This document shows positions 20,214-31,200 of a DNA stretch of 64,000 nt, piece after piece. Source of the stretch: Phenylobacterium sp. Its GTDB lineage: Bacteria > Pseudomonadota > Alphaproteobacteria > Caulobacterales > Caulobacteraceae. A program made the translations under genes and the position numbers. The first letter of the stretch is position 1; the number at the start of each line of letters is the position of its first letter. Under the pieces are notes generated by a model that saw only the letters and a program-made list of their open reading frames with translations, had not been told where the DNA came from and did not search any database. The DNA is taken from positions 3,513 to 67,512 of the forward strand of contig NZ_DASWTE010000056.1 in the NCBI RefSeq assembly GCF_036402295.1, written 5' to 3'.

Positions 20214-21497
20214 GTGAACGATAACGAAGACATTCCCGGGCTTCCCGCCCGCGCCGCCGCCCTCGATCTCCTGGGGACCGCCCTCTCCCGCCGCGCAGGC
20301 CTCGACGAGGGCCTGAACCACCCGGCCATGGCGGCGCTGGCCCCCCGCGACCGCGCGTTCGCCCGCGCGCTGGTCATGGCGACGCTGCGCCACCTCGGCC
20401 CCATCGACGCGGCCCTGCAGGCGAAGATCCGGAAGCCGCCGCCTGAGCGGATCGTGAACGTGCTGCGCCTGGGCGCGGCCCAGCTGCTGGTGCTGAAGAC
20501 GCCGCCGCACGCCGCCGTGGGCGCCACCGTCGACCTCGCCGCGGCCCAGAAGGGCGGCCAGGCGTTCAAGGGCTTGGTCAACGCCGTGCTGCGCGGCTTC
20601 ACCCGCGAGCCCGTGGCGCTGGACGATCCGGCGCTGTTTGCCCCGCAGTGGCTCGCCGCCCGCTGGGCCGCCGCGTTCGGCGCTGACGAGGCGCGCGCGG
20701 TCGCCGCCCTGATCGCCGCCGAGCCGGCCACCGACCTGACCCTGCAGGACCCCGCCGACGCCGCCGAGCTCGCGCCCGAGCTCGAGGCGGAGGTGTTGCC
20801 GGCGGGCAGCCTGCGCGTGGGCTTGAAGGGCGAGGTCTCGGCGTGGCCCGGGTTCGACGCGGGCCGCTGGTGGGTGCAGGACGCCTCCGCCGCGGTCCCG
20901 GCCCGCCTGCTGAACATCCAGCGCGGCGAGACCGCGGTCGATCTCTGCGCCGCGCCGGGCGGCAAGACGCTGCAGCTCGCCGCCGCCGGGGGCAAGGTGG
21001 TCGCCGTCGACCGCTCGGCGGGCCGCATCAAGCGCGTCTCGGAGAACCTCGCCCGCACCGGTCTCGGGGCCGAAGTGATCGTGGCCGACGCCGCCGAGTG
21101 GCGCGACAGCCGCACCTTCGACGGCGTGCTGCTGGACGCGCCCTGCTCCGCCACCGGCACCTTTCGCCGCCACCCCGACGTGCTCTGGGTCGCGAGCCCG
21201 GCCGACATCCCCAAGCTCGCCCAGGTGCAGGCGAAACTGCTCGACAGCGCCGCGCGCCGCGTGAAGCCCGGCGGCCGCCTCGTCTACTGCGTCTGCTCCC
21301 TGGAGCCCGAGGAGGGCGAGGGCCAGGTGGCGGCCTTCCTGGCGCGCACGCCAGGATTCGCGCTGGATCCCATCGCCCCCGGCGAAGGCGGCGCGCCCGA
21401 GGCCTCGCTACGTGAGGACGGCACGCTGCGCATCCTGCCGCACCATCGCGTGGGTGGGACCGACGGCTTCTACGTGGCGCGGTTGCGGAGGACCTAG
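20214..21497 (+). CDS. rsmB: RsmB/NOP family RNA m5C methyltransferase
   Basis: NusB-like N-terminus, DLCAAPGGKT, LLDAPCSATGT, DGFY. Confidence 0.9.
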   Translation: MNDNEDIPGLPARAAALDLLGTALSRRAGLDEGLNHPAMAALAPRDRAFARALVMATLRHLGPIDAALQAKIRKPPPERIVNVLRLGAAQLLVLKTPPHAAVGATVDLAAAQKGGQAFKGLVNAVLRGFTREPVALDDPALFAPQWLAARWAAAFGADEARAVAALIAAEPATDLTLQDPADAAELAPELEAEVLPAGSLRVGLKGEVSAWPGFDAGRWWVQDASAAVPARLLNIQRGETAVDLCAAPGGKTLQLAAAGGKVVAVDRSAGRIKRVSENLARTGLGAEVIVADAAEWRDSRTFDGVLLDAPCSATGTFRRHPDVLWVASPADIPKLAQVQAKLLDSAARRVKPGGRLVYCVCSLEPEEGEGQVAAFLARTPGFALDPIAPGEGGAPEASLREDGTLRILPHHRVGGTDGFYVARLRRT

Positions 21498-21800
21498 GTG
21501 CTGGCGCTGCTGATGGCGGCCGCCGTGACGTGGGGCGGGTTCGAGGACTTCCCTCAGGCCACGCCCGAGATGCGGGCCATGCCGCTCGGCGTCCGCACCC
21601 TCATCGAGCGGCGCGCCTACTGCAATCACTGGTGGGGCGAGTACGCCTACGACGGCCCGCGTGGCCGGCAGATCAACGAAGCCCTCCGCGAACTTCGCTG
21701 CAGCACTGTGGCGCGAGAAGACCGCCGCCTTCGCCGTCGCTACGCCAAGGCGCCGGGCATTCTGAAGGCCCTGGACGAAACGCGAGATTGGCTACCGTAG
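21498..21800 (+). CDS. Small hypothetical exported protein with two cysteines
   Basis: Hydrophobic N-terminus, CNHWWGEYAYD...LRC; fills the gap between rsmB and rpe. Confidence 0.65.
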   Translation: MLALLMAAAVTWGGFEDFPQATPEMRAMPLGVRTLIERRAYCNHWWGEYAYDGPRGRQINEALRELRCSTVAREDRRLRRRYAKAPGILKALDETRDWLP

Positions 21801-21823
21801 GCGCATCGCGCTAACCAAGGCGC

Positions 21824-22483
21824 ATGGCCAAGCCTGTCATCATCGCCCCATCGATCCTCGCGTCGGACTTCGCGCGCCTCGGGGAAGAGGTTCGCGCCAT
21901 CGAGGCGGCCGGCGCCGACTGGGTCCACGTCGACGTGATGGACGGCCACTTCGTGCCCAACATCACCATCGGCCCTGACGTCGTGAAGGCGCTCCGCCCC
22001 CACGCCAAGATTCCGTTCGACTGCCACCTGATGATCGCCCCGGCCGACCCGTACATCGAGGCGTTCGTCGCCGCCGGCGCCGACTATGTCAGCGTCCACC
22101 CGGAGGCCGGGCCGCACCTCAACCGCACGCTGAAGCAGATCCGCAAGCTGGGGGCCAAGGCGGGCGTGGTGTTCAACCCGTCGACCGACCCGTCGGTGAT
22201 CCAGTGGATGATGGACGAGGTCGACCTGATCCTCGTGATGTCGATCAACCCAGGCTTCGGCGGCCAGACCTTCATGCATTCGCAGCTCCGGAAGATCGAG
22301 GCGCTGCGCAAGATGATCGACGCCGAGGGGCGCGACATTCCCCTCGAGGTGGATGGCGGGGTCACGCCCGAGACCGCGCCCCTGTGCATCGCCGCCGGCG
22401 CCACCGCGCTGGTGGCCGGAACCGCCGTCTTCCGCGGCGGGGCGGAGCGTTACGCCGCCAACATCGCAGCCCTGCGCGGCTGA
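21824..22483 (+). CDS. rpe: Ribulose-phosphate 3-epimerase
   Basis: HVDVMDGHFVPN, MSINPGFGGQ, VDGGV. Confidence 0.98.
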   Translation: MAKPVIIAPSILASDFARLGEEVRAIEAAGADWVHVDVMDGHFVPNITIGPDVVKALRPHAKIPFDCHLMIAPADPYIEAFVAAGADYVSVHPEAGPHLNRTLKQIRKLGAKAGVVFNPSTDPSVIQWMMDEVDLILVMSINPGFGGQTFMHSQLRKIEALRKMIDAEGRDIPLEVDGGVTPETAPLCIAAGATALVAGTAVFRGGAERYAANIAALRG

Positions 22484-22491
22484 TCGCGGCG

Positions 22492-24177
22492 ATGGCCGGG
22501 CTCACGCCGCCGCGCCTCCCTGGACGCCATCTGGCCCTGGCGGTGGCCGTTGCGACCGGCCGGGCGCTGATGGAGGAGTGGCGGGCGTCCGAGCCGCACC
22601 GCTGGCTGACCGCCGGCCCGCGCCCCGACGGCTTCGGGGTGCAGCCGCGCGACTTCCGGCCGCCCGACCGCGGCCAGGGCGAGGCGATCCTGGCTGGCGC
22701 CTTCGTGCTGGGCGGCCAGACCCTGGTGGTGGGCGTGCGCGGCGACCCCTGGGACCGGCCCAGCCCGAGCCGCAGCTTCGCCGAGGCGCTGCACCGCTTC
22801 GACTGGCTGCCGCACCTGATCGCCGCCGGGCCGGAAGGCGCGGCCGAGGCGCTGCGGCTGGTGCTGGAGTGGCGCCGGCAGTTCGGCCGCTGGAACAGCT
22901 TCGCCTGGGCGCAGGAGGTGATGGCGCGTCGGGTCTACAACCTGGCCTGTGCCGGCCCGCTGCTGGCCGCCCGTGCGTCCGAGGCCGAGACGGCGCAGCT
23001 CGCCGCCGACCTTGCCCGCCAGGCCCGCGACCTCCTGACGCCCGGCGGGCCCGAGGGCGCGGCCGAGCGCTGCGCGTGCGCCGCCGTGGCCGCGGTGTCG
23101 CTGCGTGGGCCGGCGGGGCGCAAGCTGCTGGCCCGGGCGCTGGCGCGGCTGTCCCGCGCACTGGACGCGACCGTGGCCCCCGACGGCGGCCACGCTTCGC
23201 GCCGGGCGGACCTGGCGCTGGAGCTTCTCTTCGACCTGCAGACCCTGGACGAGGCCCTGATCCAGAAGGGCCAGGCCGCGCCCGAGGCCGTGCAGCGCGC
23301 CATCGACCACCTGGCGGCCGGCGTTCGCTTCGCCACGCTCGCCGACGGAGCGCTGTCGACCTTCCAGGGCGGCCGGGCGCGCACCGCGTCCTATGTCGCC
23401 GCCGCCCGCGCCCAGGACGAGACCGGCGACCGCCCCACGCCCAGCGAGCTCGGCGGCCGCCAGCGGATGGACGCCCGCAACGTCCAGGTCATGGCCGACG
23501 TCGCGCCGCCGGCCGCGGGCGCCTGGTCGCTGGCCGCCACCGCCCAGCCGCTGGGGATCGAGGTGCTGGCCGGCGACAACCGGCTGATCTGCGGCGCGGG
23601 CCGCAGCATCGCCGAGGGAGCCACCGTCGAGGTGGGCGAGGCCGGCCTGGGCCGTCTGCTCTCAGGCTTTGCCGAGCGCGTGCTGGGGCCGCGCCTGATC
23701 GACGCCGACGTCGTCGTCGAGGTCCAGCGCCATGAGGCGCCGGGCGCGCTCTGGCTCGACCTGGCGCACCACGGCTGGATGCGCCGCTACGGCCTGATGC
23801 ACCAGCGCCGCCTCTACCTCGACCTGCTGGCCGGCGAGCTGCGCGGCGAGGACCGGCTGACGCCCACGGCTCGCGCGCAGGGCCCCGACGGCCGCCACTT
23901 CGTCCCCTACGCCCTGCGTTTCCCCCTGGCGGCCGGCGTCCGCGCGCTGGTCTCGCAGGACCGGAAGAGCGTGCTGCTGCGCGTCGAGGGGGCCAGCGAG
24001 GGCTGGATCCTGCGCAACGACGTGCTCGACATCGCCATCGAGCCCTTGATGCGCGGCCGCCGGCCCGCGTCACAGCTTGTGCTTCGCGGCCAGCGCCGCG
24101 CCGATTCCGGCGCGCGGGTGCGGTGGAAGCTCGCGCCCGCCCGCCAACCGGTTGACGCTCCGCTCACCGCGGCTTAA
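22492..24177 (+). CDS. Heparinase II/III family protein
   Basis: LHRFDWL, PDGGHASR, H.G...YGL.HQRRL...LRGEDRL; usual rpe-purH neighbourhood; start ATG 22492. Confidence 0.85.
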   Translation: MAGLTPPRLPGRHLALAVAVATGRALMEEWRASEPHRWLTAGPRPDGFGVQPRDFRPPDRGQGEAILAGAFVLGGQTLVVGVRGDPWDRPSPSRSFAEALHRFDWLPHLIAAGPEGAAEALRLVLEWRRQFGRWNSFAWAQEVMARRVYNLACAGPLLAARASEAETAQLAADLARQARDLLTPGGPEGAAERCACAAVAAVSLRGPAGRKLLARALARLSRALDATVAPDGGHASRRADLALELLFDLQTLDEALIQKGQAAPEAVQRAIDHLAAGVRFATLADGALSTFQGGRARTASYVAAARAQDETGDRPTPSELGGRQRMDARNVQVMADVAPPAAGAWSLAATAQPLGIEVLAGDNRLICGAGRSIAEGATVEVGEAGLGRLLSGFAERVLGPRLIDADVVVEVQRHEAPGALWLDLAHHGWMRRYGLMHQRRLYLDLLAGELRGEDRLTPTARAQGPDGRHFVPYALRFPLAAGVRALVSQDRKSVLLRVEGASEGWILRNDVLDIAIEPLMRGRRPASQLVLRGQRRADSGARVRWKLAPARQPVDAPLTAA

Positions 24178-24187
24178 GGCGCGCCCA

Positions 24188-24263
24188 TCCCGCGTGACTG
24201 GCGACTAAAGGTGGGCGACCACCGGGGAGCGCGAGGACCATAGCTCGCCGCGCGCCTGGGCAT
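24188..24263 (+). ncRNA. ZMP/ZTP riboswitch (pfl motif)
   Basis: CGTGACTGGCG...GGTGG-gcga-CCACC-GGGGAGCGCG...GCCG..CGCCTGGGCA consensus with GGCG/CGCC pseudoknot, directly 5' of purH. Confidence 0.9.
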
Positions 24264-24290
24264 TTCCTTCGAACCTCCAAGGAGAATGCC

Positions 24291-25883
24291 GTGCCTGCTG
24301 CGCCCGATTTCCCGCCCGCACCCGACAAGGTCACCGTCCGCCGCGCCCTGCTGTCGGTGTCCGACAAGACCGGCCTGGTCGAGGCCGCAAAGCAGCTCGC
24401 CGCCCTGGGCGTCGAGCTCGTCTCCACCGGCGGCACCCGCAAGGCCATCGCCGACGCCGGCCTGCCGGTGAAGGACATCTCCGACCTCACCGGCTTCCCG
24501 GAGATGATGGACGGCCGGGTGAAGACGCTGCACCCGGTGGTGCACGGCGGCCTGCTGGGCGTGCGCGACGCCCCGGCCCACAAGGCGGCGATGGACGAGC
24601 ACGGCATCGGCGCCATCGACCTCGTCTATGTGAACCTCTACCCGTTCGAGGCCACGGTCGCGGCCGGCGGCGACTACGAGACCTGCGTCGAGAACATCGA
24701 CATCGGCGGCCCGGCGATGATCCGCTCGGCGGCCAAGAACCACGGCTACGTGGCCGTTTGCACCGAGCCGTCCGACATGGCCGAAGTGCTCGCCGAGTTG
24801 GCCGACGGCGGCGCCACCTCGCTGGCGCTGCGCAAGCGCCTTGCGGCCCGCGCGTATGGGCGCACGGCGACGTACGACTCCTCCATCGCCTCCTGGTTCG
24901 CCCACGAACTGGGCGAGTTCGCGCCGGCGCGCTTCTCGATCGGCGGCCAGCTCGCCCAGACGATGCGCTACGGCGAGAACCCGCACCAGGCGGCCGCCTT
25001 CTACCGCTTCCCCAACCCGCCGGTGGGCGTGGCGACGGCGAAGCAGCTGCAGGGCAAGGAGCTCAGCTACAACAATATCAACGACACCGACGCCGCGTTC
25101 GAGCTGGTCGCCGAGTTCGATCCTGCCGCCGGCCCGGCCTGCGCGATCATCAAGCACGCCAACCCGTGCGGCGTGGCCACCGGCGGCACGCTGCTGGAGG
25201 CCTATGAGCGCGCCCTGGCCTGCGACCCGACGAGCGCGTTCGGCGGCATCGTGGCGCTGAACAGCCGCCTGGACGCGGCTACGGCCGCCAAGGCGCTGGA
25301 AATCTTCACCGAGGTGGTGATCGCCCCCGAGGCCGACGAGGACGCGGTCGCGCTTTTCCGCAAGAAGAAGAACGTGCGCCTGCTTGTCACCGGCGGGCTG
25401 CCCGATCCGATGGCGCCCGGCAAGACGTTCAAGTCGGTGTCCGGCGGCTTCCTTGTCCAGAGCCGCGACACCGCGCGGCTGACCGCGGCCGACCTCAAGG
25501 TGGTGACTAAGCGCGCGCCGACCGAGGCCGAGATTCGCGACATGCTCTTCGCCTTCACGATCGCCAAGCACGTGAAGTCGAACGCCATCGTCTATGCGAG
25601 AGCCGGCCAGACGCTGGGTGTCGGCGCGGGCCAGATGAACCGCAAGGACTCGGCGCGGATCGCGGCGCTACGGGCGGCCGACTTCGGCCTGGACCTGAAG
25701 GGGTCGGCCTGCGCGTCGGAGGCCTTCTTCCCGTTCCCCGACGGCCTGATCCAGGCGGCCGACGCGGGCTGCACGGCGGTGATCCAGCCGGGCGGCTCCA
25801 TCGGCGACGAGGCGGTGATCGCGGCGGCCGACGAACGCGGCCTCGCCATGGTCTTCACCGGCGTCCGCGTGTTCCGCCACTAA
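24291..25883 (+). CDS. purH: Bifunctional AICAR transformylase/IMP cyclohydrolase
   Basis: [40 protein letters not shown]. Confidence 0.98.
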   Translation: MPAAPDFPPAPDKVTVRRALLSVSDKTGLVEAAKQLAALGVELVSTGGTRKAIADAGLPVKDISDLTGFPEMMDGRVKTLHPVVHGGLLGVRDAPAHKAAMDEHGIGAIDLVYVNLYPFEATVAAGGDYETCVENIDIGGPAMIRSAAKNHGYVAVCTEPSDMAEVLAELADGGATSLALRKRLAARAYGRTATYDSSIASWFAHELGEFAPARFSIGGQLAQTMRYGENPHQAAAFYRFPNPPVGVATAKQLQGKELSYNNINDTDAAFELVAEFDPAAGPACAIIKHANPCGVATGGTLLEAYERALACDPTSAFGGIVALNSRLDAATAAKALEIFTEVVIAPEADEDAVALFRKKKNVRLLVTGGLPDPMAPGKTFKSVSGGFLVQSRDTARLTAADLKVVTKRAPTEAEIRDMLFAFTIAKHVKSNAIVYARAGQTLGVGAGQMNRKDSARIAALRAADFGLDLKGSACASEAFFPFPDGLIQAADAGCTAVIQPGGSIGDEAVIAAADERGLAMVFTGVRVFRH

Positions 25884-25905
25884 GCGCCGCAGGCAAGAGA
25901 TGGAG

Positions 25906-25978
25906 AACGGCGGAATGGCGCGGAAAATCGCGGAAGAGGATCAGATACCTTCCGCGTCCTTCCGCGCTTTCCGCGGTT
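25906..25978. repeat. Periodic (CGCGGAA)x3 / (TTCCGCG)x3 palindrome, copy A
   Basis: Three CGGAA units at ~10-nt spacing, spacer, three TTCCGCG units ending GGTT. Confidence 0.8.
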
Positions 25979-26002
25979 TGACTTTGAGGGCGCTGACGCG
26001 CC

Positions 26003-26407
26003 CTAGGCTTGAGCGGTGACGCCCAGGCGGCGGGGCGCGGCGGGCGCGGCGGGCGCGGTCTTGAATTCGGTGAGCGCGGTTTCCAGGCGGCCCAGCTCGG
26101 CGGCGAGCGCCTCGCGGCGGGCCTCCAGTTTGCGCACTGCACAATCGCGGCCCGAGGCGCCATCGTCCTCGGCGTGCAGCACTTCCTCGATGTCCGGCAG
26201 CGACACGCCGGCCTTGCGAAGGCGCGAAATCCACTCCAGCCGCCGGCGCGCGGCCGGGTCGTAGAAGCGGGCGTTCAGGCGGTCGCGGCGCGCCTCGACC
26301 AACCCTTTCTCCTCATAGAAGCGCAGGGCGCGGGCAGTCAGGCCGAAGAGGCGCATGGCGCCGGCCATGCCGAGGCGGGGCAGATGATGGATGTTCTCGA
26401 CAGTCAT
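26003..26407 (-). CDS. MerR family DNA-binding protein (LiuR-like, no obvious effector domain)
   Basis: FGLTARALRFYEEKGLV...GVSLPDIEEVL; real start ATG 26407 inside the long track ORF. Confidence 0.85.
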   Translation of the reverse strand: MTVENIHHLPRLGMAGAMRLFGLTARALRFYEEKGLVEARRDRLNARFYDPAARRRLEWISRLRKAGVSLPDIEEVLHAEDDGASGRDCAVRKLEARREALAAELGRLETALTEFKTAPAAPAAPRRLGVTAQA

Positions 26408-26589
26408 GGGGTCCTGTCCGGGGATGGGGCTTCCTCGCGCGCCTCTCGAACCCTTCCGCACAGCTCCGCAAAATTGCGTTGTGGAGCTTGTGCGGCTCAC
26501 GCTCGGTGAGGCGCGAGCGGCAAGGAGCCTGCTTTTCCTTCGTCCGACAAGGAAAAGCGTGCAAAGAATTGGCCTCTCGCAGACCACTG

Positions 26590-26605
26590 TTTGTGAAATT
26601 GCAAA
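26590..26605. promoter_or_regulatory. Imperfect palindrome TTTGTGAAATTGCAAA, candidate ScfR-family operator
   Basis: Abuts the regulator ATG; resembles TTTGCAAA-type sites of RamB/PrpR/PccR regulators. Confidence 0.55.
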
Positions 26606-28018
26606 ATGCGCTACAAGCTTTTCGTCGGTCCCAAGGTGCGCAACCTCCGCGCCCGACGCGGCTGGCGGCTCGAGCATTGCGCCCGCGAACTGGGCATCTC
26701 GGTGAGCTATCTCTCCCAGATCGAGGCCAACCAGCGGCCGGTCACCGACCGCGTCCTGATGGGGCTGATCCAGACGTTCGACGTGCCGGCCTCCACCTTC
26801 GAAGTCGATGACGACCAGCGCCTGATCGCCGACCTGCGCGAGGCCGTGGCCGACGCCGGGCCGGGGGAGGACCCGATCCCGCTCAGCGAGCTGCGCCAGC
26901 TCGCCCTGCAGGCGCCGGCCGTCGCGCGCCGCTTCCTGGACCTGCACCGCAGCAATCACCGGCTGGCCGAGCGGCTGAAGCTGACCGAGGAAGCCGTGTC
27001 GCTCGACGAGGCGACGGCGGCCAGCTCGCTGCTCCCCTACGAGGAGGTCCGCGACTTCTTCCATTTCAAGGACAACTACGTCGACGCCCTGGACCACGCC
27101 GCCGAGGACCTGGCGCAGGAGATCGGTCTCGACCGCCCGGGCTCGGCCGACATGCTGATGGAGATGTACCTACGTGAGCGGCTGGGCGTGCGCGTGCGCT
27201 ACGCGCCCCTGGGCGACGTGATGCGCCGCTACGACCCGTCGTCCCACGAGCTGTGGCTCAACGCGAGCCAACCCGCCGCCACGCGCGCCTTCCAGATGGC
27301 CTTCCACGTGGCGGTGGCGAACCTGTCGGACGTGATCGAGGCCGAGCTCAGTCAGGCGCGCTTCAAGAGCCGCGAGGCGGTAGATGTCTGCCGCGTCGGC
27401 CTGGGCAACTACGCCGCCGGCGCCCTGCTGACGCCCTACCGCCGCTTCGCCGCCTCGGCCCGCGAACTGCGCCACGACGTCGAGCAGCTGGCCTCACACT
27501 TCGGGGCCAGCCTGGAGCAGGTCTGCCACCGGCTATCGACCCTGCAGCGGCCCGGCCACCGCGGGGTGCCGATGTACTTCGTGCGGCTCGACTACGCAGG
27601 CAACATCACCAAGCGCCACAGCGCCACGCGCTTCCGCTTCGCCCGCTTCGGCGGCGCCTGCCCCCTCTGGAACGTGCACGACGCAGTGGCCTCGCCCGAC
27701 CGCTTCCTGGTGCAGGTGGCGGCCATGCCCGACGGCGTACGCTACCTCTGCGTGGCGCGGGCGGTGGTGAAGCGGTCGGAAAGCTACCTGACGCCCGACC
27801 GCCGTTACGTCCTGGGGTTCGGCTGCGAGATCGAGCACGCCCACGAGCTGGTCTATTCCGAGGGCCTCGACCTCAAAGGCCCGGCCGCGCCCATCGGCAC
27901 GAGCTGTCGCATCTGCGAACGCGACAACTGCGCCCAACGCGCCTTCCCGCCGGTGGACCGGCGGCTCAGCGTGCCCGAGCACGAACGCAGGACGGTGCCG
28001 TTCCGGCTGGGGAGCTGA
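26606..28018 (+). CDS. Short-chain fatty acyl-CoA regulator (ScfR; RamB/PrpR/PccR family)
   Basis: XRE HTH ISVSYLSQIEANQRP, HRLSTLQRPG, GGACPLWNVH, CRICERDNCAQRAFP. Confidence 0.93.
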   Translation: MRYKLFVGPKVRNLRARRGWRLEHCARELGISVSYLSQIEANQRPVTDRVLMGLIQTFDVPASTFEVDDDQRLIADLREAVADAGPGEDPIPLSELRQLALQAPAVARRFLDLHRSNHRLAERLKLTEEAVSLDEATAASSLLPYEEVRDFFHFKDNYVDALDHAAEDLAQEIGLDRPGSADMLMEMYLRERLGVRVRYAPLGDVMRRYDPSSHELWLNASQPAATRAFQMAFHVAVANLSDVIEAELSQARFKSREAVDVCRVGLGNYAAGALLTPYRRFAASARELRHDVEQLASHFGASLEQVCHRLSTLQRPGHRGVPMYFVRLDYAGNITKRHSATRFRFARFGGACPLWNVHDAVASPDRFLVQVAAMPDGVRYLCVARAVVKRSESYLTPDRRYVLGFGCEIEHAHELVYSEGLDLKGPAAPIGTSCRICERDNCAQRAFPPVDRRLSVPEHERRTVPFRLGS

Positions 28019-28034
28019 AACCCACAACAAAGCC

Positions 28035-28180
28035 TGTCATCCTGGTTTCCGCGCAGCGGAAGACCGGACCCATTGAGCTCGGCGCCTGATAGTTGCGTGC
28101 AGCGTTGCCGCCGAGGCCTTCCACGACCGCAGAGTCCAATGGGTCCGGTCTTTGGCCTGGCGGCCAAAACCGGGATGACA
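28035..28180. repeat. GTCATCC...GGATGAC nested palindromic element
   Basis: Outer TGTCATCCTGGTTT/AAACCGGGATGACA; inner perfect 16-bp AAGACCGGACCCATTG (28060-28075)/CAATGGGTCCGGTCTT (28137-28152); two side hairpins. Confidence 0.8.
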
Positions 28181-28202
28181 ACCGTTGGGTGGGCGCTGGT
28201 GA

Positions 28203-31200
28203 CTACCCCGCCCGCCGTTTCCGTCCGCTTGCCGCTTCCGCCGCCAGTTCGCGCAGGGCGGCGTTGGCGATGGTGAGCTTGGCGAAGGTCCAGCCGCCGC
28301 CGCCGGTCTCGATCTCCTCGACCGTGCGGGTGGCGGCGCGGCTGAGATCGGGCCGCAGCGCCGCCCAGGCGGAGACCGCGCTCTTCGCCGAGACCGCGTC
28401 GTCGCCGGCCTGCGAGCCGCCGGCGAAGGCCATGATCGCCCGCGTCAGCTGGGTCTGCTCCGACAGCAGGTCCTCGATCAGCCGGCGCAGCGCCGTCCGC
28501 TCGAAGATGTCGCCGGCCCGGAATTCGCCGGCCGCCGCCCGGAGGCGATCGAACGCGAACACCGCGCCGGTGGCGTAGTAGAGCCGCGCCACGTTGGGCA
28601 GGCTCCAGCTCGACGCCTCGGCCATGTCCACCAGGTCGACCGCATTGGTCAGCGGGCCCAGCACCGCGGCGGCCTCGGCCATCTTCACCGGTGCGCCGGC
28701 GTCGATCAGGCGGGTCACCTGGGCGTCCACCGCCGCCCGCTCGGCTTTCGACAGGATGTCGGGCAGCAGGCTGTGCAGCGCCTTGAAGCCGGGCGCGTAG
28801 CGTTCGGTGAGCTCGGCCACCGTCAGCCCCTCGCGGCCGCTGCGCCGCGCCAGCCAGAACGTCGCGCCGCGCACGCCCGACACCAGGCGGCGGAACAGCG
28901 CCATCTGGCCGGCGCTGGGGATCTTCAGGTCCAGGGCCTCGACCTGGCTCCACAGCGTCTCGAAGTCGAGCACAAGCTTGGCCGCTTCGTAGCCGGCGGT
29001 GAGCGCCGTCACGTCGCAGCCCGCCGATGTCATGGTCCGCGACGGGAACGACGGCCCGCAGCGGTTGATCATGTCGTTGGCGATGACCGTGGCGATGATC
29101 TCGGGCCGCAGCCGGTGGCTGAGGATCGCGTCCTTGTACTTGCGCAGCGGCTTCGGGAAGTAGGCCTCGAGCCGGCCCTCGAAGAATGGGTCCTCCGTGG
29201 CGCGGTCGGCGACGATGTCGCGCTTCAGCTCCAGCTTGCCGTAGGCCAGCAGCACCGCCAGCTCGGGCCGGTACAGCCCCTTGCCGGCCTTCAGCCGCTC
29301 GGAAATTTCCAGCGCGTCGGGCAGGCCTTCCACCGCGCGGTCCAGTCGCCCGGCGTGCTCCAGCTCGGACATGAACCGCGCGTGCGGCGCCAGCTCGCCC
29401 ACGGTGTCCAGTTCCAGCAGCGAGAGCGCCAGCGTCTGGTCGTAGTTGTGGACCAGCACGTGGCGCGCCACGTCGTCGGTCATGGTCGGCAACAGCTTGT
29501 TGCGCTGGGCCCGAGTGAGCTTGCCCTGGCGCTCCAGGATGCCGGTGGTGATCTTGATGTTCACCTCGTGGTCTGATGAGTCGACGCCCGCGGAGTTGTC
29601 GATGGCGTCGGTCTCGACCCGGCCCCCCTTCGCCGCGAACTCGATCCGGCCGGCCTGGGTCAGGCCCAGGTTCGCGCCCTCGCCCACGACCTGCACCCGC
29701 AGGTCCTCGCCGTTGACGCGGACGGCGTCGTTGGCCTTGTCGCCAACTTCGAGGTGGGACTCCCCCTTGGCCTTCACGTAGGTGCCGATGCCGCCCAGGT
29801 AGAGCAGCTCGGCCGGCGTCTTGAGGATCAGGTTGATGACCTCGGTGGGCGCCAGGGCCTCGGCTTCGGTCCCCAGGAGCGCGCGGACCTGCGGCGACAG
29901 CGGGATCGACTTCAGCGACCGCGAGAAGACCCCGCCGCCCTTGCTGATCTTCTTCTTGTCGTAGTCCTGCCAGGAGGACCGCGGCAGGGCGAACATCCGC
30001 TCCCGCTCGGCATAGCTCTTCGCCGGGTCCGGATCGGGATCGATGAAGATGTCGCGGTGGTCGAACGCGGCCTGCAGGCGGATGAACCGCGACAGCAGCA
30101 TGCCGTTGCCGAACACGTCGCCCGACATGTCGCCGCAGCCGACGACCGTGAACGGCTCGGACTGGATGTCCTTGCCCATTTCGCGGAAGTGGCGCTTCAC
30201 GGCTTCCCAGGCGCCGCGGGCGGTGATGCCCATGACCTTGTGGTCGTAGCCCACCGAGCCGCCAGAGGCGAACGCGTCGCCCAGCCAGAAGCCGTAGGAC
30301 TCGGCCACGCCGTTGGCGATGTCGGAGAAGGTGGCCGTGCCCTTGTCGGCCGCCACGACCAGGTAGGGGTCGTCGCCGTCGTGGGCCACCACGCTCTGGG
30401 GCGGGATCACCTTGCCCTTGGCGTCGAGGTTGTCGGTGATGTCGAGCAGGCCCGACAGGAAGACCTTGTAGGCCGCGATGGCCTCGGTCCGCACCGCGTC
30501 GGGCGAGCCGCCCTTCGGCAGCTGCTTGGGATAGAAGCCGCCCTTCGAGCCCACCGGCACGATCACCGCGTTCTTCACCTGCTGGGCCTTCACCAGCCCC
30601 AGTACCTCGGTGCGGAAGTCGTCGCGCCGGTCCGACCAGCGGAGACCGCCGCGCGCGACGGGGCCGAAGCGCAGGTGCACGCCCTCGACCTGGGTCGACC
30701 AGACGAAGATCTCGCGGAACGGCTTCGGCGCCGGCAGGTCGGCCAGCTCGCCGCTCGCCACCTTGAACGAGATGTAGGGCTTCACCGAGCCGTCGCCGGC
30801 CCGCTGGTAGAAGTTGGTCCGCTGGATTGCGCCCACCAGCAGCGCCAGGCGGCGCAGCACGCGGTCGTCGTCCAGGCTCTCGACCAGCTGCAGGGCCTCG
30901 ACCACCTCGTCCATGACCGCTGCGGCCTGGGCCTTGCGCTCGGGCACCTCGGCGGCGATCGCCGGGTCGAACTTGATGCGGAAGAGGTCGAGGATCAGGC
31001 GCGTGACGCCCGGGTGGTTCGACAGCGCCTGTTCCTGCGACCGCTGCGACGGGTCCAGGCCCGACTGCTGGCGGTAGCGGGCGAGCGCGCGGACCAGGGC
31101 GGCGTCGCGCCACGGGATCGACAGCTCCATGACCAGGCGGTTGAAGCCGTCGTTCTCGGTGCGGCCCGTCCAGACGGCGACGACGGCGTCCTCGAAGGCG

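Noticed and set aside
22492-24177. Heparinase-like gene as a novel polysaccharide-degradation locus
   Set aside because: The rpe-heparinase II/III-purH order is, to my knowledge, common in Alphaproteobacteria, and no glycan uptake genes accompany it.
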